Positions 42,578-51,870 of a DNA stretch of 64,000 nt are shown piece by piece; within the stretch, counting starts at the first letter, position 1; each line of letters opens with the position of its first letter. The DNA is from Paramoeba atlantica (Eukaryota > Protista > Discosea). Below the pieces are notes generated by a model that was given only the letters and a program-made list of their open reading frames with translations, made no database searches and was not told the DNA's origin. The stretch is from the NCBI GenBank assembly GCA_977017575.1, contig CDRNVI010000070.1:62001-126000 (forward strand), written 5' to 3'. A program made the translations under genes and the position numbers.

Positions 42578-43216
42578 GCAATGGGTTCAGCGGAACAAAG
42601 AAGTGCCTTCGAATCTTAGCACGATATTCAAGGACTTATCACAACGATGATCGTTGAAATCTTCTTTGTAAGTGCAGTTATTTGTAGCGAATAGAGAAAA
42701 TCATCAACATGATTATTTCTAGATATTTAAACCAACCATTGACTTTTCGATCATGATAAACATGATATTCGTATGAGTTACTTTCGGTAGTTTAGCATTT
42801 TTCTTTTGGATAAAAACTGTTTAAGTCTCAAAGCTTAAACATTTTCTATGCTGTAGTTGCTTCAAAAAAGTATGCTGCCGTTCTATGATTATGGTAAAGT
42901 AGTCGTTAATTGTTTTTCATCGACCAACGCCTCTACGACACATAAAACATCTAACCACACACCAACGGGTCAGAGGCTCTGTCGATGTGCGATGACTGCC
43001 GGGGCCTAGCACACCCATCTGCCCGAGCTTTCTTTTTATATTATTATTGTTACGATTAAAATAACAATCTTCTTTCAGTGCAAGGTATGCATGCTGTGTC
43101 TAATCGCTACTCTTCGTTGAGTTAGTTTTTGAAGCATTTTGATTTGTACTTGCCCGTGATTTTCAATCTTTATTGCTTTTTAGTCACTTTTTCAACTCGC
43201 ATTTCTTTATTCCTTG

Positions 43217-43570
43217 ATGCCCCTGAATTTGGTTCGATTTCTTATGAAATTGACAAATGAAGTGGTGACGTTACATTTGAAGGATGGCAGCGCAGTGAAC
43301 GGTACAGTGACTGGAGTTGACAATGCGATGAACACTCATCTAAAAAATGTGAAAGTCAGCAGCAAGGAAAAACCCCGCTCGGAGCTTGATTGCCTTACAG
43401 TAAGGGGAAACAACATCAGATTTTATCAATTAAGCGACAGTGTAAACTTGGACGCGTTGCTTGCAGACTTGTCAACACCTCGTGTTGCAAGCAAGATGCC
43501 AGAAAAGGGTAAAAAGAGGCCAGGAGAGAGTACTTCGAGTACTAGAAAAAAGGTGCGCGTGCAGCAATAG
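43217..43570 (+). CDS. SNRPD1: Spliceosomal Sm protein D1
   Basis: LVRFLMKL.NE.VT..LK.G..V.GT..GVD..MNTHLK and LTVRGNNIR...L.D..NLD.LL; there is no RG-repeat tail. Confidence 0.92.
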   Translation: MPLNLVRFLMKLTNEVVTLHLKDGSAVNGTVTGVDNAMNTHLKNVKVSSKEKPRSELDCLTVRGNNIRFYQLSDSVNLDALLADLSTPRVASKMPEKGKKRPGESTSSTRKKVRVQQ

Positions 43571-43941
43571 ACATTTTGAATGAGATGTAACATTTTTATT
43601 GTATGGCTTTCATGAACACGAATACGTACTACGGACACATAGGATATGTTGACGACCTACAATCTGTATGTATCTGTGGGAATGCGTGCTTGAAAATGTG
43701 ATCGTTGTCAATGTATGAGTGCGGAAAAACTGGTTTTTGTGTACGCGTATATTTTTCATGAATACATATTACTTAAGTGTACATTACAAGAAAAAATGTA
43801 GTAGTAGAGGAAACGTGATAAAAGGATACATTCTGTAACATTTTTAGCATGGTAGAACTTTAATTTAGAGTTTAATAATCAACTGATGATCCACTAAATC
43901 GTCTGATAAGGTAAAATGGAGTCTTCAATGGGCAGCGCAGT

Positions 43942-44316
43942 ATGACGGCCTCATACAGTGGAGCAGGACATTGTAAACCCAATGGAAACGTTCCTTCGAA
44001 TCAGTTTTATTCTGTTTCAACCATTGAAAATGAAGTAAAAGTGCTACGAACAGTCCTAAAATCTTACCGGATTGGCATGCGACACTGTATCTGGTATAGT
44101 AAATCTTGCGTGTTGTCACGTAGACTTTGTCAGGAAATCCTTAAAACAGGGAAAGCAAGGGGGAACCATCTTATTTCCTTGCGAAGACATTGTCTTCTAG
44201 TGGTCCGCACACTTTTACGGGAAGCACGATGTGCTACACGCACCATGCCTCTTTGCCTTGTGCTGATGGGACTCTTTTCACAGATTTACACAATGTTAGA
44301 GTCAAGAGCACCCTAG
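43942..44316 (+). CDS. Small protein, possibly RNase MRP subunit Rmp1/NEPRO-like
   Basis: 124-aa ORF on the cluster strand; IENEVKVL...R...WY..RR and LCLVLMGLFSQI follow the spacing I recall for the Rmp1 family. Confidence 0.4.
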   Translation: MTASYSGAGHCKPNGNVPSNQFYSVSTIENEVKVLRTVLKSYRIGMRHCIWYSKSCVLSRRLCQEILKTGKARGNHLISLRRHCLLVVRTLLREARCATRTMPLCLVLMGLFSQIYTMLESRAP

Positions 44317-44709
44317 AAATTGTGAGCTACACGCTCAAGTACTCTCTGATGTACTGAGTACTGCATATAGTAAAGACTATGAATATAGAAACCCGGAAGC
44401 ATCCGAAGAAATATACCTTATTACTGCATATTTCGAAGAGCCTTCCCCGGCAAGCCTGAACACAGAAAATAAGAATAAAAAAAATACCCATGGATGCGTC
44501 TGGCATCTCAGAGCTGTCTAAGAAATTTCTCATCCAGTATTCCAGAGAAGGCCTTTATTGAAACGTTTCGGGGTATTTATGAAACCGTTTCGGAATGTTT
44601 GTATGCAACGATTATAAAGAATGAGTAGTATGTCAGCAAGACATCGATAGCCGTACAACGCACGTCTATTTTTACCCTTATTCTTGATTCTTCTAATCTA
44701 TTTTCTGAT

Positions 44710-46500
44710 ATGTTTAGCAACCTCAACGACCCGAGGCGTTCTACTTGGCGCAACTCGGAGGACCAGCTTCTTACGGCGTTTGTTATGAAGTACGGCACTA
44801 ACGACTGGTCTCGCATCTCCTCCGTGCTGCGCTATAAAACCCCGAAACAGTGTCGGGCTCGGTGGTCAGAATATTTAGATCCACGGCTTAAGAAACACAA
44901 TTGGACTTCCGAGGAGGACATTCAGTTGATTGAAAATATTAGACGGTTTCCACAGCAGTGGAGAACGATTGGCCAGTCCATGGGACGCAGTGCTCAACAG
45001 TGTCTCTCCCGTTATGAAGAATTGCTACAAAACGAGTGGACCTCAGAGAAAGGGGAAAATCCAGATGTGGATTCTCCTTCGCTTTTTCGAGCTGAGGCGT
45101 CATATCCACACACGCAGCGGCCAATACCGGACGCCATAGATTTGGATGCGGACGAAGAAGCGATGCTTGCAGAGGGACGAGCACGACTTGCGAACGTCCA
45201 AAGTCGGAAGGATAAGCGCAAACATAAGGAGTCGATAATCGCGCAAGCCCGGGGTCTTAGCAAACTACAGCGGGAGAGAGAATTACGGCAGGCAGGGTTA
45301 ATTGCGAAGGATGAGACAACAGAGGCGGAGCGCCGTGTGCTACGGAAAAGAATTTTGAATTCAGAAGGTGCCCCCATGTTAGTAGAAGGCGAAACTGCTG
45401 CGACGTATGAAGAACAGGTAGAAAAGCAAATATTGTGCGACTCTGTTTTGTCTCGCGCAGCATTTTCGGATTCTCATGATAGCTTAAATCCAGTGATTGA
45501 CAACACGACGCCTGTGTTAGACATTCGCATTTTAGAAGGTGAAAAGACCAAGTCTCTACGTAAGGACTCGCAACAGCAAGCTACGTCGCATGGTAGCCAT
45601 CGCCCCGAAACCCCCACAGTCTCCTCCGATAGTGAGAAAGTGATAAAAGACGAGAGAAATACGACACATCCATTTCCTGTTGTTCCTCGCTTTGAATTCG
45701 ATGACGCCGAGGAGGAGTCCCTCGATAAAAACCAACAGAAAAATAACTTTATGTCGGAAACATTTTCAAAACGTGTAACTGATAGTGTTGCGCTTCGTAA
45801 TATAGATGGATCGAGCCTTATTCCGACCTTTCTAAAAGATCTAGAGATGGTAATTCCCATAGTGCCAGTCTCTGGTGCTCAGCCATTTCCTGAGAATATG
45901 ACGGATTTAACGAGAGGGCCGTCCCAGCGCCAAGACCAATATGTGGGTGAGGAAGATGTTCGGCAGATTAAAAAAAGTGAGAAATCAGCGGACGATAAAA
46001 CATTTTCTTCACACGAAAACAAGCACACTAAAAACCTTTCTCCTACTGAACTTGTCCACAATGAACTTTTGCAGCCCACATGTATCACCGCTGCACAGCG
46101 TGAAAGAAGTTTCAAGCTAATTGAATACGAAAATATGAAATTTGCTGAGACCAAAAATCGGTTTGAAAACATGGATGAACAAAGAAATTCATTGAGTATT
46201 TCAGATGTTACTACTGCTTTGCAAAGGCATAATAGTAAATTGAGAGCAAACATCTGTACCCCCGATCAACAGTCTTCCGTCCGGGATAAAAATAGTGCAT
46301 TGCAATTTAATTATCTCGAAAAACGTCTTAAGGATACTATTAAAGAGTACAAGGATCTCCGAATGCAAGCGGTCGTTTTTGAGCACATGAGGGAAACAGA
46401 ATCTAATGCGGCAAAGCATCGAATTCAAGTAGCTACAAAAGAGCTTGCTCACGCATCCGACTATGAGAAGAACTTGCGAAACCAATTTGGTAGAGTGTAA
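44710..46500 (+). CDS. CDC5: CDC5L/Cef1 Myb-domain splicing factor (Prp19 complex)
   Basis: WRNSEDQLL.A.VMKYG.N.WSRI...KTPKQC.ARW.EYLDP, second Myb repeat ...QWRTI...GR...QC..RYE, and PDAIDLDADE..ML.E.RARLAN. Confidence 0.93.
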   Translation: MFSNLNDPRRSTWRNSEDQLLTAFVMKYGTNDWSRISSVLRYKTPKQCRARWSEYLDPRLKKHNWTSEEDIQLIENIRRFPQQWRTIGQSMGRSAQQCLSRYEELLQNEWTSEKGENPDVDSPSLFRAEASYPHTQRPIPDAIDLDADEEAMLAEGRARLANVQSRKDKRKHKESIIAQARGLSKLQRERELRQAGLIAKDETTEAERRVLRKRILNSEGAPMLVEGETAATYEEQVEKQILCDSVLSRAAFSDSHDSLNPVIDNTTPVLDIRILEGEKTKSLRKDSQQQATSHGSHRPETPTVSSDSEKVIKDERNTTHPFPVVPRFEFDDAEEESLDKNQQKNNFMSETFSKRVTDSVALRNIDGSSLIPTFLKDLEMVIPIVPVSGAQPFPENMTDLTRGPSQRQDQYVGEEDVRQIKKSEKSADDKTFSSHENKHTKNLSPTELVHNELLQPTCITAAQRERSFKLIEYENMKFAETKNRFENMDEQRNSLSISDVTTALQRHNSKLRANICTPDQQSSVRDKNSALQFNYLEKRLKDTIKEYKDLRMQAVVFEHMRETESNAAKHRIQVATKELAHASDYEKNLRNQFGRV

Positions 46501-46715
46501 TTTAGTCCTGTATATCGAGTGGCATAAATGAATACGTAGCAAAAAATGATGATTCAGACACTAAATTACGTGGCCGCATACCATTTTTAAAGAAAACTGG
46601 AATCGAATTTTAGCTTAAAAAATAGAATAGCACTAGCGGCTTTAGAATAGCATTATTTTACGTACTAACATAAGTATGTTGCATTGCTATTATAGACTGA
46701 TTTTCTGCTACTCAC

Positions 46716-47279
46716 ATGACAGACCTTACAACTGAAAATCAGGGCACTGGGGACTCAGAGAATCCCACTGATACGATGGCATCCGTTGTTCTTTCCGCGC
46801 CATCTCATTTTGTTTTTGATGAAGATGAAGAACCAGTGGATTTATCAAACTTTTTCGTAAAATTTTACGTGGGGCATCGCGGACGATACGGCCATGAGTT
46901 TCTTCAATTCACTGTGGCTAATACGGGATTGTTGCACTATGTGAATCAGAGTGAATATAAGAAAGATGGGTTGATTCAAAAAGATGTTGTATGCGGGGGT
47001 TTGATACTGTACCAGATTCGTAAGATCATATGCGATAGCAAACTTTTAGAGTACAACGACAAGAAGTGGCCGAAGGCTGGCCGTACGGGAAGACAACATT
47101 TGGAAATTCGACTCGGTACGCAAACTGCGTCGTACACCACAGAAAAACTTGGTACTTTGTCTGAGGTAGAATGCTGTACAGACGCGGAAGGCTTGAAAAT
47201 ATTTTATTATTTATCCCAAGACCTCAAGGCGTTAATCTTTGCCTTGATTAGCACACACTTTCGTATCAAACCAATTTAG
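46716..47279 (+). CDS. MAGO: Mago nashi (exon junction complex)
   Basis: FYVGHRGRYGHEFL, Y.N.S.YKKD..I, D..WP...R.GRQ.LEI, K.G.L..V....D.EGL..FYYL.QDLK.L.F.LIS.HFRIKPI. Confidence 0.95.
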   Translation: MTDLTTENQGTGDSENPTDTMASVVLSAPSHFVFDEDEEPVDLSNFFVKFYVGHRGRYGHEFLQFTVANTGLLHYVNQSEYKKDGLIQKDVVCGGLILYQIRKIICDSKLLEYNDKKWPKAGRTGRQHLEIRLGTQTASYTTEKLGTLSEVECCTDAEGLKIFYYLSQDLKALIFALISTHFRIKPI

Positions 47280-47672
47280 AATCTTTGAAGAATTCTATTG
47301 TATTTTATATATTATATTTTAAGTGATACGTACTACGCTGTAGAAATACCGCGCGTCAATAAAGCAAACACTCCGATCATTTTATGCGGACGAAACAATA
47401 TCAGTGATTTCTTTAGATTTATCAATGTACTCGTACGTTGTATGTGGAACTATATGGCTATTTACATTCTACGTTTTACATTCCACCGATGTTCACGCAA
47501 TTAATAATACAAGTGTTTTAATTCATTTTTCTATAAAAAAATTCTCCATTGTTTTTCACAACTATTTTTCTAGTACAGGACAGCAAGGCATAAAAAATGC
47601 GCATGGATCGAGAAACGTACGCCGGAGAAAACTACGTCGTTATAGAATTCATCTGCTGAAAAAGGCAAAACA

Positions 47673-50536
47673 ATGGCACAACATGCGGAGACCCCCCTTG
47701 ACCGCTTATCGGACACCACATGGTACGATCGTGAAGATGACACCGTTCTCGAATCCGTTACCGTCCATGAGACCCACCCCTCCTTAGATCATCACTACAA
47801 AACACGAGAACAGAACGTCCTCCGGTCCCTACGTACCTCACGCGTTCCCCTTCCCCGCGACCCCTTTCCCCGGGTCTCTCTCCCCCATGAGGCATCGACC
47901 CGATTGACCACTCCTTCACAACCTCCAAACCCCTTTCACCCCGTGGTGGAGACCGAGGAGGACACGCCTGTGGTGCTGACCGCGAAACCGGCGGCCTGGT
48001 CCCCCCCGTTTACGAGTCTCCCGCACGCTGGCGCCCCCCAGGACCCGGACACCCCCGAGGCGCCCCAACCCGTGTCTCTGTTTCGAGACCCCCGCAGTGC
48101 GCTCGCGCTCTCCGCGCTGAACGGGTCCGAGAGCTTACGCGGCTACCGGCAGCTCCAGCAGCGGCTGCGGCAAACCCGTGAGTTACGGGAGATGGACCCG
48201 CGAGGGGGCAAAGGGGAGGGGCAAAGGCTGGAGGGAGGGCGTGGGGAAGGAGAAGAAGAAGAAGAAGAAAAAGAAAAAGAAAAAGAAGAGGAAACGACCC
48301 ACGCGCAGCCCTCCTTGGGGAGGGCCATGGAAAAGGTACACAACACAAGGGGAAGGTCAAGAGAGGAGATGGAAAAGGTGCGAAGGGAACTTCCGGTGTA
48401 CGCCCATCGGGGGGCGTTTCTCCAGGCGGTGCGGGAGAATCCGGTGCTGGTGGTGAGTGGGGAGACGGGGTGTGGGAAGACTACGCAGCTGGCGCAGTAC
48501 CTGATGGAGGGGGGTACACGGAAGGGGGGATGGTGGGGTGTACACAGCCTCGTCGAGCGGCGGCGGTTGCGGTGGCGAAACGGGTGGCGGAGGAGGTGGG
48601 AACGGCGCTCGGAGATACGGTCGGGTACGCGATTCGTTTCGAGGATTGCTGTACGCCGGCTACACGGATTCGTTACGTCACGGATGGGGTGTTACTGCGA
48701 GAAGCCGTGCAGGATTTGTACTTGGACCGGTACTCGTGTATGATACTGGATGAGGCCCACGAACGTTCTCTGGATACGGATTTGTTGCTTGGCGTTATGA
48801 AGAGAGTTCTGGGTTATAGGAGGGATTTTCGAGTGATTATTTCTTCAGCAACGTTGAACCCAGAACGTTTTGTTCAGTTTTTCAACGGAGCTCCTCTTTT
48901 TCAGATACCGGGTAGAACTTTTAAGGTTCATGTGAAGCACGCACCATCTCCTGTTTCTGATTACATCGAGCAAGCAGTACTTACAGCAATGGAGATTCAC
49001 GTAAAAAAGGAAATGCCAGGAGACATTCTTGTGTTTATGACCGGACAAGAGGACGTGAATTGTGTCACATATCTTCTCGGAGAACGTCTGCGGAGATATA
49101 GTCCAAAGCATGCGGAGAATATTGTAATTATTCCCGTGTATTCGCTAATGTCAACGACTCACCAAGTGAAAATGTTTCTACCGGCCCCAGAAGGGAAACG
49201 GAAGTGCGTTGTGGCTACAAATATCGCTGAAACCTCATTGACGATTGAGGGCATTCAGTTTGTAGTTGACTGTGGTTTTTGCAAAATAAAGCAGTATGTT
49301 CCTAGTCTTGGGCTGAACACATTAAAGGTGTACCCCATATGCCAAGCACAAGCTGATCAACGTGCAGGTCGGGCAGGGCGTACCAGGGAAGGATGGTGCT
49401 ATAGACTGTACACCGAAAACCAATACGAAAATGACATGTACCAATACACAATACCCGAAATTCAACGCACTGATATGTGTCACGTGCTTCTACTAATCAA
49501 TTCCTTGGAGGTAAATGACATCGGAAGCTTCCCATTAATGGACGCGCCGCCGCCCAAAAGCTTGAATAAATCAATGCTAGAACTTTGGAGGCTCAAGGCT
49601 CTCGATTCTGAGGGAAAACTGACTTCCACAGGGCGTCTGATGGTTGATCTTCCGCTGGATACATTGCTTGCCAAGTTTCTGGAGGCATCTATCAGCTTTG
49701 AGTGTACGGAAGAGGCCATTACCATCAGCGCTGTACTAAGCGTTGATTACCGAAAACTTTTCTTGCCCCCAAGTGGAGATATTGAGAAGGCTATCATGGC
49801 TAGGGAGAAGTTTTTTGTATTCGAAAGTGATCATCTCACTCTCTTGAACATATACGAGAATTATGTAAAGAATCGACATGATGCTTCCTGGATTCACCGT
49901 CATAACCTTAATGAAGGTATCCTAAGACAAATTGAACTCGTTCGAGAGCAACTTAGGGATACACTATTACGACTGAAATATCCTGTGAAATCGTGTGGGA
50001 GACATTTGGATGCGATACGAAAGGCTTTAGCGTTTTCTCACTACATTCATGTCGCTAGACGAAACGCACTTACCCAATACAGTGCTCTTTTGCTAAGGTC
50101 TGTGCCTGCCCATCTCCACCCCTCCAGCGCCCTCATGACCGGTGCTTCCATGCCACCATATGTTATTTACCACGAGATGCATCACACAAGCGGCGACCGG
50201 GAATACATGACAATGGTGTCTGCGGTAGAACCTGAGTGGATAGCAGAAGCAGCCCCCCATTTACTTAATATTCGAAACATGAACGAACAGCGGAGCAGCA
50301 AAACGGAGCAAACTACCGGAAATTCACTCGCCTCAAACCATCGCGATCAGGCTGCAGCTCAAGGGTTAACCGTGTCCAAGGTGACGGTGCATGAACGGCC
50401 TGGATCGGATGACTCGAAGCTAACGTCGGATGAAATACTGTCGACAGTTTCTCGTACAGCAGTCAAGCGCCCGCTGAGGGCAACGGGAGAGGGACCAAAG
50501 AAAACCGGTTTTAAAGGCAGAAGAAACGTTTTTTGA
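47673..50536 (+). CDS. PRP16: DEAH-box splicing helicase PRP16 (DHX38), split by a 1-nt frameshift at about 48509-48514
   Basis: Frame 1 gives LPVY...[19 protein letters not shown]; frame 2 continues [62 protein letters not shown] and HLHPSSAL. One extra G in the G6 run would join them. Confidence 0.88.
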
Positions 50537-50689
50537 CTTTGAGAAGGATATCTTAATGCGTGTTGTGTAATTTTTTTGAACACATCTTTTAACAGTATTC
50601 TGTGTTATTGAGAGTACGATATTGCTTTCACGAGTTCGGCTAAACGATATACCAACGCGATGATTTAAGTATACATAGGTTTATTTTAT

Positions 50690-51658
50690 ATGTTTCGAGT
50701 GTGCTCTAGGCTGCTTCCATGGTGGAACTATTCCACAGAACAAAAAAATATGAAGGTTCTTCAGCGCGGAGGACACGTTCAGCGGCGTGTATGGCCTGCT
50801 ACGCACAAAATATACGTGAAAAAGTACCGAAGAGGACATTTCCCTAATCGGGGACGGACCCATCTTAATGTTGCACAAATCGGGGTCATGAAAACGCGGC
50901 CACATCGTATGGGATGGCCGTATGATGCAACTTCCCTTATTTTCAATAGTGCTCGGGGCGCCGACAAAATAGGCTACGTTGTTTCTACTTCCATGTTAAA
51001 AACAGCTGTAGTGGCCGCAAACTACATGGTTTACTACCCCAAATTTAATCAAAGAGTAGCTAAAACAGGAAGATACTTTGCCCATGATGAAGACATGGCA
51101 TGCGTTGAGGGCGATTTAGTCCACATAAAGAAATGTCGAAAAATGAGTAAATACAAACACTATTACATATTTTCTATTTTGGAACCTAATGTGGAAGGCC
51201 GAGAAAGACTCAAATTGGGACTTCCTGTGCGCCCCCCGGCACTTTTCGGCTACCCTAACACTCGGCGAGTGATGAAAATTAATCTGACCTCTAAATCACA
51301 GTCAAAAGAAATGTTAGCTGCAGCCATGCAGGAACAGGTCTCACAATTTTATAAATACAGCGGATCCGTGACGTCAAGTAAGACTTACCGAGGTACAGCT
51401 GAGGAGTCCAATACCACATTTGAGGAAGCTCACCAAATTGTGGCCCCCAATGCCGGCGAAACGCCCATTGGCGAGCTTGAAGGGGGCGGTGATTCCTCTA
51501 TTGGCACAGAATCTACTGATGTGCATAGCATTCCACCAGACAAACACGAGGATTATACTGAATTGGAGCAGGACATGCGACGCCGCAAGGGGGATATCTA
51601 CTGGAACCGAAATCAACCATTCTCTGGATTAACAAAGGACACGACACGCTCCCCATAA
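50690..51658 (+). CDS. Mitochondrial ribosomal protein uS17m, with kinetoplastid-type extensions
   Basis: GYVVSTSMLKTAVV...YPKF...RYFAHDE...C.EGDLVHI..CRKMSKYKHY is the S17 OB-fold motif. Confidence 0.85.
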   Translation: MFRVCSRLLPWWNYSTEQKNMKVLQRGGHVQRRVWPATHKIYVKKYRRGHFPNRGRTHLNVAQIGVMKTRPHRMGWPYDATSLIFNSARGADKIGYVVSTSMLKTAVVAANYMVYYPKFNQRVAKTGRYFAHDEDMACVEGDLVHIKKCRKMSKYKHYYIFSILEPNVEGRERLKLGLPVRPPALFGYPNTRRVMKINLTSKSQSKEMLAAAMQEQVSQFYKYSGSVTSSKTYRGTAEESNTTFEEAHQIVAPNAGETPIGELEGGGDSSIGTESTDVHSIPPDKHEDYTELEQDMRRRKGDIYWNRNQPFSGLTKDTTRSP

Positions 51659-51870
51659 TGTGGTGAGTATGTAGTATAACTGGGTTTAATATGCCTGTTA
51701 CAATGCATGCTTGTGTGATAAAAATAAGAAGATTGATAAAAATTGTACATTCATACAATTTAGATCACATACCTTTCTTACAGCCCATATATTTTTTGGG
51801 GCTTGGTCCGGTACAATAAGAACTTCCAATTAATCTAGTTACCTATTTCGACTACTCTGCAGTGCAGTAA

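Noticed and set aside
48010-48753. Several overlapping ORFs in the GC island of PRP16
   Set aside because: They are low-complexity shadows caused by high GC; the helicase frames explain the region.
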